64,000 nt of DNA from the human T2T-CHM13v2.0 reference genome, Homo sapiens. Below the pieces are notes generated by a model. That model saw nothing but the letters and a program-made list of their open reading frames with translations. It searched no databases and was not told the DNA's origin. The DNA lies in assembly GCF_009914755.1 (NCBI RefSeq), contig NC_060925.1; one strand, given 5' to 3'. Positions 12,048-27,746 of the stretch are shown one piece after another. The first letter of the stretch is position 1, and the number at the start of each line of letters is the position of its first letter. Made by a program: the position numbers and the translations under genes.

Positions 12048-13932
12048 GAGGCACCATCTTTAAAGATTAACTACCAGGGTATTCAGTGAATACTTGTGGG
12101 ATGAAGGAAGGCAGAAAGGGAGGGGAGATGGTGGGAGGGAAGTAACTGGAAAATTTACAAAAAAGAAAATGAGGAAGGAAAGGAGACAGCAGAAAAGGAA
12201 GGAGAAAAGGAGATGTGGATTTCTGAATATGATGACAGTATTATAGCCCGGGAATAAAATCCATCCTTTCCTGCCTGACCCTTCTTTCCCATCTCCCTCA
12301 AGTTGCATAATAACCTGCTTGGAAGCAGAAATTCAACTAACGCCACATATCAGAACTGGAGCGCTCTTGGCAGAATCTTCTACAATTTATACCCCAAGTT
12401 CAAATTTAAGCCAAGGCATATTTCCAAGGAAAGAACAACACAGTACTTTATCTTGATGTTGCTCCTCACCCTTGGTGATTTCAAAGCAGGTTTATAAACA
12501 AGCGCTGTCATTGTGCAAGAGAGGAAATGGAAGGGAACTAGTAATATTTAGGTAACCAATAACAAAATCTTTGAGTCAATATTATAGTGAAATGATTAAG
12601 TAATTACGTGGAATCAGAGGCAGACTACAACTGCATCAAATTAATAAAGTAGAATTTGGAAGAAATAAGATATAAAAATTTCCACATAAAAACTGAAGTC
12701 AATTGAGGCTGTAAGGAGCTAGAAATTAAAAATAGATTTATACCAAACTAGGTAGAACAAAATTGAAACAGTTGTTGAGATATTAAAAATGGATTTGCTT
12801 TTAAAACCGTTTGGAATAGTTTAGTCATTTTCCAGAGCCATAGATATTCTGTGCCAGTTGAGCACTTTTTCCCAAACCAACCTGGCAGACGGTTGTCTAA
12901 TCAGGAAGCTTTGCAGGCAAGTTCCTTGGCTAAAACCCATAGGAATAAATGAATTTGGGTTTCTAAAGTTCCAGTGTCTCAGTACAAAGAGAGATAGGTA
13001 ACCCTTTTTCCTAGAGATACTGATGATGATATAAATTGTGGTATGACAGAATGCAAATTCCCTAAGCTTGGAATTCTCCTCTAACTGACATGTCACAGAA
13101 TAAGATGGCATCATGTTTACTTCAATTTGTGGTCTCTCTAAACCACTTTGGTCTTTGGCCCCCAGATCTGCCCATTTCAGGGAAACTGGAGTAACTCAAA
13201 AAAGTAACTTGTCATGAATTAGTTAGGATTAGGTTTGGCAGCAGGATATTGAACTCTCCCTACTCCCCAACACCTTCACCTCCCTTAAAAAACAATAACA
13301 AAAAAAAAAACCAGTGGCTTAAACAACATGAAAGTTTATTTCTCTTTCATATAAGCCTGAATAGGTAGTCCACAGATGGTAAAGGGCTCCACAGTGCAGG
13401 GAATCAGATTTTTTTTATTTTTATTTTTCTGCCTTAACTGCATAATCTCCACTTCCTAAATCATCCTATCGTCCAAAATGAATGCTTGAGCTCCATCCCG
13501 CATATCCCATTCCATCCAGGAGAAAGAAGAAAAAGGTAGAGAGCAGGAAAAGCTCCCTGCCTTTAAGAACACTTTCCAGAAGTTGCTCACACTACTTCTA
13601 CTTACATCTAACTAACCAAACGTTAATCCCATGACCGGGAGAGAATCAAGAAGACTGGGAAGCAGTCCTTCTAGCAGCAGGTGCCTAGCTAAACATTTAA
13701 GGTCCTAATACTTTAAAATAGAAGAAAACAAATGTTGTGAGACAATTAAACAGTCTCTCTGCTACAGTTTATCCCTTTGGCCTCCCCAAATATATGGGCA
13801 TCCCCATGTAGGACACAATCCCTCCTCAAGGGGAAGAAACCCAGGGACTGCCTCCAGATCAAAGTCAAGATCTCTGAGTGAAGTGTAGTCTCCGTCTTCA
13901 AATCCAGATATGATGTTCACAATCTTGCAAGC

Positions 13933-14282
13933 TGTTTTAGTCTGTTCAGGTTGCAATAACAAAATACCTTAGACTGTGTACTTTATAAATAATATAAATT
14001 TATTTCTTACAATTCTGGAGGTTAGGAAGTCGAAGATTAAGGCACCAGCAAATTTAGTGTCTGGTGAGGGCTCTCTGCCTCGAAGATGGCACCTATTGCT
14101 GAATTGTCACATGGTGGGAGGGCAAAAAAGGGCCAGACTCCCTTCAGGCCCTCTTATAAGGGTACTAATTTCATTCGTGATGTCGTCACCTGCTGAAGAC
14201 TACCCCCCGACCCCTTACTATGATGACATTGGGGATTAAGTTTCAACATGAATTTTGGAGGAGCCATATTCAAACCATAGCA
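13933..14282 (-). mobile_element. MLT1A/MSTD-type MaLR solo LTR
   Basis: tgttttagtctgttcaggttgcaataacaaaatacc...attcaaaccatagca; flanks caagc/caaac. Confidence 0.75.
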
Positions 14283-14925
14283 CAAACCATAAACTAAAAG
14301 ATTAGTTATCTTTCCCATAACCCACTACATATGCAGTGATGTAGTAAGAACAAGAAAACCACAATTAAAACTACCAGTCAGAAAATGTGAAAGTCCCAGA
14401 AGTCGATCTATAGTAATTATCAAATCCTGCTGAGCAAGAACAGAGGGGACTCTCTTCTTAAACATCAGGAGTCAGCCGTCCGTCCTGTGGGAGGTGCTTC
14501 TGTGTCCATTATTCCCCATGGTTATGTCTGAGGCAGGAAGTGATGAGTTTGCCCTTTGGGGTGGGAGGACTGCTGCACAGCTTTCATAGCCTGTTTCTTG
14601 TTAATACATAGTTGGAGGCACAAAGGTTGCTTTAGGCATTGAATAGTCACAGGCTTTGGCAGATTAGGCTTGGATGCTTGGCAGTACAATTCCCTCAAAA
14701 ACTAAGTAGGCATCTTTTCCATTTGCCTTCCATCAGTTCCATGTGCGAGTAACAATAGCCAAATATCTTGTCTAAAAATGGTTTTTAAACTGAAAGACTC
14801 AGATCTTTCAGACCTTTGTCCTCTGCCCACCCTTTGCCCCAGTTTAATGGCAGCTAGTTGAGTTTTGGAAGGAAAGCAACAGCTTTAATTGGATAGTAAC
14901 AGCTAAGTTGTCACCCATTGTCTAG

Positions 14926-15394
<469 letters not shown>

Positions 15395-15559
15395 TAGTCA
15401 ATTTAGATGGCAGGCCAAAGGCAGAGAGCATAGCCTGTACCACTTCCCTAATATCTTAACAATTGGACAGATTTAGCTGTAGTTTTCTACACTTCTGCTG
15501 CTCATGGAATTGAGGATTTTGCAACAATAACCACCAGCCCTCAGCCCCACTCTTGGTAC

Positions 15560-16376
15560 TGAAATGAGAAAAGTTCCCTTGCCCCCCTTGCAGGGCGCGC
15601 GATGGGGATGTGGCTCGCTTCTTCAGTGAGCGGCTGTTAAACCTCTAGGGGAGCATACAGAGAGGCAAGCTGTGGGGCTCCGACCCCACTGCAGTGTCTA
15701 GGGGTGGATGTTTACAGCTCCTGAAGCCCCAGTGGGCGCGTGTTACAGGGTGCTCTTTTAGTTTGGCCGTCTATAGGCAGCTTGTGTTAACCAGCTCAAT
15801 TAGACCCTCTACCTTGTTGCAAGGACAGAAGGCTTTCTGTATCCCGAGGTTCTTGCCTTGGTGTACTGGCGGGCTTGGAGAATGGGTGCAAGGTTTTTTT
15901 ATTGAGTGGAAGTAGCTTTCAGCAGATGGGTGAGCCAGAAGGGAAATGGTTTTCCCCTGGAGTCGAGTTGCTTGACGACGGACCAGGCTCTCCTCTAACT
16001 GCCCCAAGCCCAACTCCATGACGTTCTGCCGGTTGGTGGCCTGCTGGCGTGCCGGTGCCTGTCGGTGTGTCCCTCTCCACCTCCAGCCACCTGTGTATTC
16101 CTCCGCTGATAGGCTCCTCTCGCCGTCCAGCTGCCTGTGTGTCTGCCTGCTAGGGTCTCCGGGGTTTTTATAGGCACAGGATGGGGGTGTGGCAGGCCAG
16201 GGTGGTCTTAGGAAATGCAACATTTGGGAAGAAAAACAAAAATGCCTGTCTCACCTAGGTCTGTGTGGGTAGAGCTCTAGCCAGGGACCACGCCCTCCTC
16301 TACCCAGCACTTCCCTTCCCCCATTCTATATCATTTAAAGGGACCATGCTTTTCCCTTCCCAGCACTGCTATTGCA
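15560..16376 (-). mobile_element. Solo ERV1 LTR, LTR1 family (HUERS-P2-associated)
   Basis: TG...CA termini; 4-bp TSD GTAC at 15556-15559 and 16377-16380; minus strand has gtgctgggaaggg..ggtccctttaaatgat, TATAAAAA and AATAAA. Confidence 0.8.
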
Positions 16377-16432
16377 GTACAAATTTATGGTTTAGTTAGG
16401 GTAGGTTAAATGGCTACCAGTAGTTGACCTAA

Positions 16433-16773
<341 letters not shown>

Positions 16774-17069
16774 CATGCAACTGTCCAGGATAGGTGCTCC
16801 AGAGATTCAGGGACCCAGACTACATGAGTCTATGTCTTCGTAAGCAAAGGACTCATGTTAGTGAATAGTCTGACTAAATGTCTTATCTTAGACATTTTCC
16901 TATTAAGAGGTATAGATCTGCAATAAGAAAGTAAATTCTGCTGCTTAGTCAAAACTCAGAATTTTCAGCCAATAGAATTTAGTGTATGTGACAATAGGGC
17001 ATCTGTATTAGAGAATGCCCATTTAAGGCTCTCTTAATTGCCCAATCTGAACCCATAACGCTGTGGGGC

Positions 17070-17490
17070 TATTATGAGCTTTGCACAAACCTGGATTCAA
17101 ATATTGCCATTCCTATTACTTACTGCCTATGTGACTTTGGGCAAATTACTTAATCTTTCTGAACCTTTGAATGCAGATATTAAAACAAACCTACCCAATG
17201 TGTAGATTTGATTTGATATAATATATATCAAATAGATATATAAGTTTGGCATTTACTAAGTGTTGAATAAATGGTAGCTATACTTATTTGAGGAGCTCAC
17301 AGTTATGATATCGGAACGTGGGTATGAATTTGGACAGATCTGTGTTTGGATCCTCATTCTTGCTAGTTGTATGTATGACCTGGGCAATTCTTTCCTTATT
17401 AGGTTCCTCATCTGTTAAATAGGGATCATAATACCTATCTCTGAGTGTGGTTATAAGGATTATACACAAAAGACTCCTAGTATAGTAATT
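17070..17490 (+). mobile_element. Two MIR fragments
   Basis: Core motifs tgtgactttgggcaaattacttaatctttctgaacct and ctcatctgttaaatagggatcataatacct. Confidence 0.65.
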
Positions 17491-18625
17491 AACACAAACA
17501 TTCATTCAATATAAGGCTTCAGTTCTTGTTTTTATTTTTATTACTTTCTTTTCAGATTAAGAAGGCAATGTATGCTCAACTAATTTTGAAAAATACAAAA
17601 GGTTATGAAGGAGGAAATAAAAACCTACTGAACATCCACTACCTGGAAGACATTGTCAATGTTATATCTTGAGGGCTTCATTCCAGCCTTTCTTTTTTTA
17701 TTAGGCTATTGTTTTTAAAGCTATGGACTGTGGAGTTCCCTTTGGTTCTATACACAGGGAGTTCCCCACTTTGTGTTGTGAAAGGGAAGCCAGAAATCCC
17801 TACCAGTGTAAAAATAACCTCCCCATTAAAACCAAAAGCCTCCAGTTAATAATAGAGAGCTTCAAGTGAAGAAATAATAGCCCTTCCTAAATTAGGCTAG
17901 ATTTGCTGCCATCTTGGAAAGAGGAATGAAACCCCATAGGAATAGGAAGGGCTGGGAAGATCTGGGGGTGTGTGTGAGTCTGGGGCTGCTGAAGACACTT
18001 GACCAATTTACAGTCTCGCCGTGGGCTAGTTCTGCTAGGAGAACATCTAGTACTGATTCCAGTCAATAGGGTATTCTAGTCACAGAAGGACTGTGAGATT
18101 TGGCAAAGATCACAAAGCAAGAAATGCAGACAGAAACACTCAAAAATTGCAGCTTGGGATAGAGCAGAAGTAAAACCCCAAATTCTGGATTCACATGTTC
18201 TGACATACCCAGTTTATCTGGAACAAGAATCAAAAATTTAAACTGAACAGCTACCAATCAGGACTTATGTCTTCCCTAAAAGGCTCTGCAGTATGGGCAC
18301 TCAAGGAATATTTTTAAAAAAAATAATCAGTGATAATCTGATAATGAAATAACAGATGAGTTTGTCATTTTAATTTCTGTACCTCCCCTTCCTATTATCA
18401 CTGCCCAGACATTTTGCCTTAGTCTTTAAAATGTAAATTTACCTACAGCTATTCATTCTGCCTATTCTAATGCCTGTCAAACCAAAATGAAAGAAAACTG
18501 TACCAAGGCAAGTCTGAGATCTTCGTCTCAATCAGTAAAATCTTCCGCGGAAGCTTGCACTACTCAAGCAAGACAGATCTGAGCTCTTGATACAGTTAGG
18601 AAATGTGACCTACTTTAAAACCCAG

Positions 18626-18630
<5 letters not shown>

Positions 18631-18668
<38 letters not shown>
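18631..18668. repeat. (TG)19 microsatellite
   Basis: Perfect TG run. Confidence 0.97.
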
Positions 18669-18669
<1 letters not shown>

Positions 18670-20562
18670 TGAAAGTGAATTGTTTTGCTGAAATCTGACA
18701 CTAAAAATAGGGCACCGGATCCTTCCCCTGCTGGAAAAAGAAAAAAAAGAAAGACATTAAAATGAGTGTGTGTCTGTATGTCTGGGAATATGTCTCCATG
18801 GCAACCATTGTCCCACCTCCCCTATCAACAGCATTACCCCTCTCCACGGAAAGAGGGCATATGAACGCCTTTCCCAGCACCCCTCTCAATCCCTTACTCC
18901 ATGAAATCTAATTAAAGAGTGAAATGAATTTTAGCGCTGGTTCCAGAGGCTGGGAGAAGTCCACGACTTGGGGGCAGGGTAAAGAGAGGAGCGCTGGGGG
19001 AGGGACAGGGAGACCTGCCCTTCCACACTGGAGCAGCAGCACGCGACTCTGTTCTCATTTTTAAAAAGAGCCACAGCTCCCACGCTGAGGAGCTGGAAGG
19101 GAGTGATAAACCTGCCATGCAACGATGTTATTACTTTAATGGATACAGGACCGGTTGAGCACTTTATTTCCACCAGGGCTTTTTACTTTGCATCTTCCCT
19201 TTCCACAACATCCAGTTTTCCTCAGACACTCCCCCCTTTACTAATGAACGTTGTCCCCATTTCTAATCCCGCTCAGGTGAGGGAGAAAGCAAGCATTATT
19301 TGAGATAATAGGTCTGCCTCTGGGGTGAGGCGTATGAGTCAATCACACTGGTGAACAACCCCACCCCCCAACCTCAAAAATCCTTTTCTGTATAGATTAG
19401 AAGCCAGAGAAGAATAGGGGGACATGGAGTGGTGAGGAAGACACTCTGGGGAGGTTGAAGCTGATTTGGGCAAATGAGCTTCAGGGTTTTTTTAGCATCT
19501 GCCAGGGACCTCCCTTCCCCCTTTCCAGCAGCTGCCTGCCCTCCCTCCTCCTTCCCCCACCTTTAGTGTCCAGTCAGCAGCAGCTCAGGCGCCTCCCTCT
19601 CCCTCCTTTTTGGCCATCCCTGCCCTTAGCTATCTGGGCATCTGTTCCTCATTCCTGCATCCAAACATTTTCTCCAGGTTGGCTGTCAGTCCGGCATTGT
19701 GCTGCAGGGGTCTCAGCTGGAGCAGAATTGCCTTCACATGAGCATGAGCATTCGGACAGGTCTGGACTTGTCCCTCTGACAAGGAGGAAGCGGTGGCAGG
19801 AAGCCTGTGGGCCCTCCTGGGAGAGAGGGGAGAGTTAGTTTTACACGGGCTCCAACTGTGTGATGTTTCAGCGACAAGAAGAAGGAAGAGCATGAAGAGT
19901 AAATCGGAGCCTGTCACTCAGACTTGTGTCTTCTGTCCTGGTGGACTGAGTGTGGCGGGCTGCAAGCACAAGGAAAGTCAAAGATGTGCTTTTTTACCCA
20001 CAACAGGGTGGCAGGGTCGAGAGTCGATTGGCACAGGGCAGCCAGCGTGTGACTGTGGGCACCAGCAGGAGACAGCACCAGCTGTGGCATCTGCAGTAGC
20101 CGCCACCTTGACTGCCAGCCCTGCCGCTTCAGCAGCAGGCACCTCCATGTCCTTGGAAGGGATAACCAGCCTCTCCACCTGGACAGTGGGCCTTAAGCGA
20201 GCCTTCCCTTCTTGCAGCCAACTGAGGCAGCCGGCACCCTTGCTTGCCAGATACCCTGAAGCGTTCTGGAAAAAGTCAGGGAAGACCCACAAGCATGGGT
20301 CACTGTCAAACCAGAGAAATTCCTCTGACTTTAGTTTTTTTTTTTTTTGCCCAGGTTGATGTGGCTTAGGGCACATGGCTTATCCACAGTATAATCATGA
20401 GAACCAATATTTACTAAGTCCTCACTCTGGGCCAGAAATTCTTCTAAGCATTTACCAACTCACTTAGACTTGCAAGAGCCTGTGAAACAGATGTCATTCT
20501 TGTCTCCATTTGACAGAGGAGGTAAGAATATTCTCAAGGTTATATAGCTAGAAAGTGGCAGT

Positions 20563-20719
20563 GGCCAGGGTGCGATGGCTGACGCCTGTAATCTCAGCAC
20601 TTTGGGAGGCCAAGACAAGTGGATTTCTTGAGCCCAGGAGTTTGGGACCAGCCTGGGCAACATAGTAAGACCTCATCTCTATAAAAATTTAAAAATAAAT
20701 AAATAAAAAGTAAAAATAC
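20563..20719 (+). mobile_element. Alu left monomer (FLAM/AluJ) inside a MIR
   Basis: Monomer plus A tail; 15-bp flanking repeat agctagaaagtggca at 20546-20560 and 20720-20734. Confidence 0.85.
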
Positions 20720-21753
20720 AGCTAGAAAGTGGCAAAGTTATGGTCTCAAATCAGACAGTTTGAACTCAGAGCCCATGTGCTGGCCTCTCAGACTGGGATC
20801 TACTCAGTCACTGGACAACAACAAATCTCCAGTCTTCATCAGATTATCTGATTTTTTCCAAATTGCTTAGGAATTCTTTAAACATCAAAAATTCATTATA
20901 TAACCATTATGTAAATAACATCATTAAAAGCATGTTCAAATGAGAAAAAGAAGTCACTACTAAACTTACCACCCCAAAGCAACTGATTTTATATATGCAT
21001 GCTTTTTTGATCCTTGCACTCACATGTTCCATATAGTGAAATATAATTCTGTATTATGATTATTTCCTGATGTTATAACATTGTATTATAAGTGTATTTT
21101 CATAAGGTTATTTTCTGACATTTTAATTGCTGGGTAGCATTCCTTCAAGTTGATGTACCATAATTGACTTAGCTACTTCCCTATTTTGAACATTTAGATT
21201 GTTTCCACTTAAAAATTTGAAAAATAAACAAACTCTTTGCTCTCATTTTTTCCTTTTATCAAATGCCTTGACCGTCCAGACGCAGGAGAGATGTTTAACC
21301 TGTGCAATTGAAGCTATTTTGATAACCTTTAGCTTATCCTTAAGGTTTATGCAAAGGTTAAAAGTGTATGAGCTGGAAGAATTTCATTCTGTACTATTCA
21401 TTGCTGAAGGACTTGGAAGGAATGAAATGGTGAATGGAATTGCGCTCAGAGTATTGCTGCCAAGGTGCTAGAATGGTGTATGTAACAGACACAGGCCAAG
21501 GAGGCTGAGCAGCAGACTTGCAGAGTCAACATTTTTAACTTGGTAACAGATGGCCCACTGGTCAGAGCTCAAAAGGCTTGGGCTCCGTAAACCAACAGGA
21601 CCCAGGCATATGATTCAAATGTTCTCAGTAACCAGAGGGACCGCTACTGTCCACTTGCCAAGGGCTGTGGTGACATGTGTGAATATGCAAGAGACGGGAA
21701 TTATTTATCTTCCCCTAACCTCGATATTTCATTAGCCTCAGATAGAGACTGCT

Positions 21754-22074
<321 letters not shown>

Positions 22075-22269
22075 TGAATCACCACTGACTGTATTCCCAA
22101 CTCCATCTGGACTCAGCCCTTCCGAAATAATGAGAAAACCTCCCTATCTAGGGTATGCTTAGACAAGATGAGATTCAGCTTAAACCCTGGTAATAATTAT
22201 CATTCTCCCCGTATCCCGAAAGCTCAATCCTGGTTGCTAAGTCAATCCAGACAGGCAAAGGGGTTTAAG

Positions 22270-22428
22270 AAAGCCAGGACTAGGGAGAGACAAGTGAGGT
22301 GCCTAGTGGGCAAAATTGAAGGAGGCATCACTTGCAAGTGCCGGCCCTGCACTTGTGTGACCCTGAGAATGAGGGCCTCCTTACATTTTGTGCCCTGAGC
22401 ATCTCACTTGCTCACCCTGCTGGCCTTG
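22270..22428. mobile_element. MER96-like palindromic hAT MITE
   Basis: caagtgaggtgcc..gcaaaattgaaggaggc inverted with gcctccttacattttgt..gcatctcacttg. Confidence 0.6.
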
Positions 22429-23516
22429 CCCTAATGTCGCAGCAAAGCTCTGGCTTAGTCATTGCTGTCCTTATCAACTCCCTGCCCCTGTTAGGCTTAG
22501 AATAACTAGTTGAACCTAGGTCCTTGACCTTGGCAGGTGAAGAAATGGGCCACATCCACTAAGGTAGCAGTAGTAGAAGGGCATAGGCTGATAGCCTTCA
22601 CAGGACCAGGTGGAAAGTGGAAGCCCATGTTCTCCAACCAACTGTGGACAAACAAAAGGACCAAACAGCCAGAACTGTAACTTCAATACGCACTGGCACT
22701 TGTGTTTTTAAGCTTGCCGAGAGAATTAACGTTCAACAGCTGTGCGTATTCACACTGCTGAATGCATATTACACAATATTCTCAGACATTCTCCTACGCA
22801 GAGCAGCAGTATTGGCCCATCGGGTGATTCATGAGTTTCCAACACAAGCCGCCAGAGAAAGGGAGCTATCAAGATTTTGGTGATGAGAGAGAAGCTGTAG
22901 CACATGGTAAAAGAAGAAGACAAACTGGATATCTTTTCAGGCTGGATCAAGAAAAAGCTTTGACAGAATGAGACATGATTTTCCTTTATTTGAAGTGTTG
23001 CAGGTCTACGGATCTCGGTGCAATTTGTTCAGTATATGGAGCAATGCAATGAGTATTCCAACCCTGAACAGCTGGGAAAGGAGAAAGATGTGAAAAATGA
23101 GGAGGGATCCAGGTGAGTTCACACTTGAATAATAGATTCTCTTGGTAATAAAACCACAGAGAGAGCCAGTGCTTGCCCAGATCTAGAGCTATCAAGAACT
23201 CCATTGAAACTCTACCGGCTTACAGTTCCTTCTATGCCACCTTAAGCACACCTATTCTGAGAGCATGGCTCTCCTTTTCTGTTGTCTGAGTCAGTGGCTG
23301 CCAACACAGGTGTGTGCACACAAATCTATTGGGGTACCAAAAAAAGAATTATATTTAATAATTATTTGTCTTCATCTGGCTAAATTTCTATTCTTGAATA
23401 GGTTTTAGGATGTACATCATATATTAGTACAGCAGTGATAAGTATTCATTTTGACAGAAAAATGCTAAAAAAAAATTCATACTAATGGGTCACATGATCA
23501 AAAATGCTTGGAAGAA

Positions 23517-23818
<302 letters not shown>

Positions 23819-23847
23819 GCTTGGAAGTCACTAAGCAAGAAACTCCT

Positions 23848-24170
23848 GACTGGGCGCAGTGGCTCACATCCATAATTCCAGCACTCTGCAGGGCTGAAGT
23901 GGGAGTATTGTTTGAGGCCAGGAGTTCAAGACTAGCCTGGACAACACAGTGGGACCCAGTCTCTATACACAGTGGGACCCAGTCTCTATAAAAAATTTAA
24001 AAATTAGCCGGATATTGTGGCACACACCTGTGGTCTCAGCTACTCAGGAGGCTAAAGCAGGAGGATCACTCAAGCCTGGGAAGTCAAGGCTGCAGTGAAC
24101 CATGACTGTGCCACTGCACTCCAGCGTGGGTGACAGAGTGAGACCCTGTCTCAAAAAACAAAACAAAAAG
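23848..24170 (+). mobile_element. AluJ with an internal 23-bp tandem duplication
   Basis: ggaggatcact and gtcaaggctgcagtg AluJ features; duplication at 23944-23989. Confidence 0.85.
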
Positions 24171-24439
24171 AAACTCCTTAGCTTGATGTTCTGGGCCCTC
24201 TGCAACTTGCTTATTCAACCTCCCCTCCTGCTATTTCATCCCTATACTACCCACTGTAATAAAATGGATCTGGTCATCCAGTAATTCCTGTTTTTTTTTT
24301 TTTTAAACTTCCTCTCTCTGTATCTTGGCTGCTGGAATACCAGCAAATGAGGAGAGCTAATGAAGTCTCTTGGATACATTGAGCCTACAATCATTTTACT
24401 AGCAGAAATTTCAGCCCTGTCCAGGATACCCCTTCCTAG

Positions 24440-24912
<473 letters not shown>

Positions 24913-25479
24913 TAGACTAAAGACATCAACATCATTGGAATTAATACTAACTGTGTACCCTGCCACACCAGTGTTGGTGCTAAGACCTTGGCAATACAAA
25001 GGAAAAATGATTCCAGGAAGTACAGTATGGAGATCCAGAAAACACCCTCTATCTCTATAATTTACTCAGCCAGGGATTTCCCAAAGCCAAACTGCTGGTA
25101 GCAAGGGTGCTGCATGTTTCTGTAGTTTGTACATGGCACAGTGGTGCCAGGCAGGCAGTGGATCAAGCCCTCAATCCAGGGACTTTTCTTAAGGTATCCT
25201 AAGGCAGATTGCATTTTCCAAAGATGGCAGCCACAGTATCTCCCATCCCTCAAGCTCTTCTGACAATGTGACATTGACACTTCTCCTGTGGAGTGGTGAG
25301 GTCAAATGACCTCTCCTTGTAAACTTGGGCGGATCTTTGTGATTTCTTTGACCAATAGAGTATGGTAGAAATTATGGTTTGTGATTTCTGAGGCTAGGCC
25401 ATAAAAATGCCATGTACTTCTACAAGGATCTCACTCACATACTCATCACCTGTGCCACATAGCACAATATGCCCCAGAT

Positions 25480-25655
25480 GAGCTGTGTGACTGTGGGCAA
25501 GCTGCCTAAGTTCTTGGAGCCTCAATTTCCTCTTTCATAGAATAGGGATAAGATTAATCCCTACTTCACAAGGATTACATAAATTAATCCATGCAAGTGC
25601 ATAGTATAATGCCTAGCATATAGTAAGCCCTCAATGTTAGCAATTATTATCATGT
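25480..25655 (+). mobile_element. MIR
   Basis: agctgtgtgactgtgggcaag..gcctcaatttcctc..cctacttcacaaggatt..gcatatagtaagccctcaat. Confidence 0.7.
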
Positions 25656-27746
25656 GGCATTTGGTAGGTGGCCAATTAATATTTGTTCATTGATTAATTA
25701 AATTGCACTGTACACAGGTGGAAAGAAGATGAAGATCCAATTTTTATCCAATGGCACAGAAGGCTCTTCATGTCCATGCTCTGTTAATGTCACCTTCCCC
25801 AAGCCGTGTCTGCACCAACTGCCCTGCACAAACCGCCACAGGACACCCACAACCCTGCACCCTGCCCTAGTCTTCTCTGCATTTTCCCTCAAGCTCCATG
25901 TTGCCTGCCGATGTCTGCTTTTACAATTCCCTCTTTCCAGAGTATTCCCTTCAACTTCCTCATTCTCATTTCAACTAATTTTTACTGGTACTCCAGTCCT
26001 CATCCTGCAGGGCACCCCTTTGGAGTCATTTTCTGACCTGGAGGTTTTATAGAAAATGTTCCTCTCTGTTTACCCTATCATGGCAGTGGTTTGCCATAGG
26101 ACAATTGCCTGCTAATTTCTCTGTCTCCTTCATTACCTGGAAGCTCCTGGAGGGCAGGATTTATATAATCTTCACCACTGTTTTCCTAGTAGTTAGGAGT
26201 ACCCAACCAATAACAGTCACTCAATAAATACTTTTTGAATAAATTGTTGCAAATAAATAGTAACCCTAGAATATTCAAGGTAACAATGTTCTGTACAATC
26301 ACTGGAAGAAAACAGCTGTTTAGTACATTTTGAAAATATTTCCATCAAAACAGATTCAAATAAAATCTTGGCACTTCAATGGAATAAGCTTCAGTTAACT
26401 GGAAAAATAATGTGCTTGCAATGTGTTAACAGAAGATGGTAAATAAATGAGAATATAGTTACCTAGCTTTTTCACTGACCTTTCAAATAGATAAGCTCTG
26501 GGGATGACAGGGGGATGGGAAGAAGGAACCATATCCATTCTACAGTACCAAGGATTGTGCCTTGATTACTTAGTTGCTCAATGAATATTTGATGACAGAC
26601 TCAGAAATGTAGGGCTTAAAGGAACTTTGATGACTGAGGATTGTTTGATTAAAACTGAACCATTTAGGACCCTGGGGGATGAACCACAAAGCAGCTGTCA
26701 CTGGCCAGCAGAATAAGGGAATACCTCGCTGCTACTCCTAGGATCTGGTCCCAGGTGTCTGCACTGAATGGCTTTCCAGGAACCCCAGCAGTGCCTGCCA
26801 AGACTGCATTTTCAGATTTAACTGCTAAGGCTTTCTGTATGGAACAAGGAAATATCTGCAATGCTTTTTGTCTAAATGTGATCAGCACAGCATTCTGTAG
26901 TATTCCTTTCCAAGGAAAGCACACCACATTTAGGCTGGGAAAACATTCCAAATTTCCATTGTGATAGGATCCACCAGGGTGAGGCTAACAGCAGTTTCTA
27001 ACATAACCAAGGCCATTTTAATTTCCCACAGAGGCCTTTCTGATACCCAAGGCTCCACATTGGTTTGCATTGCCAGAACCTGTTGGAGCACTGCATGCCA
27101 TAACCTGTGTTTCTTGGTGAGTTGCTTGTCTATTATTGAAAATCCCAAGACTATGACATCATGGCAATAAACTTCAGAATGCTGAGTGGGTTTCCTCCCT
27201 GCCTGGGAAAGCCTCCTTCTAGACAGGATATGACATGATGGTCTGGGAGAGCTTAGGTTAAATTTTTTTCTGCCACCACTCAGGGTAATATGGAGGTGGA
27301 TGTATCTACTCGCAGACTATGCCCATCATTTCTAAGCCTTCCTTAGATTCTTTCTCCACAACAGATACCCCCACTGATAGTCCCACACAGTGTGTTCTAG
27401 TATAGGTGATTCAAACACACAATCAAGTTTTAGTACAATATGAAGAAACTTGGGGTCCAAAGAACCTGAGCTGCCATGTTTCACAGCTCCAGCGGGGCAC
27501 CGTTCACTCATGCTGCTGTGCAAATCACCTGTTGCCACATTGTTTATTAGCTCTCTTGGAACAAATGTAAAGTCTCTAATAGGAGCTTCCTAGTTGTCAC
27601 TCTCATCTTTGTCTACAGCCCCTTTCGCCTAGCTCTGACCTTGGGAGTTGACATTTCTTCAGGCTAAAATAATAACACCTTACTTTCACTTATAGTTAAC
27701 AAAACGCTTTCAAATACTTTATATCACATGAAACTCAATACTCTCA

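Noticed and set aside
19793-20376. 188-aa (+) and 132-aa (-) ORFs
   Set aside because: The + ORF starts at GTG. Neither shows a recognisable domain or evident exon structure.
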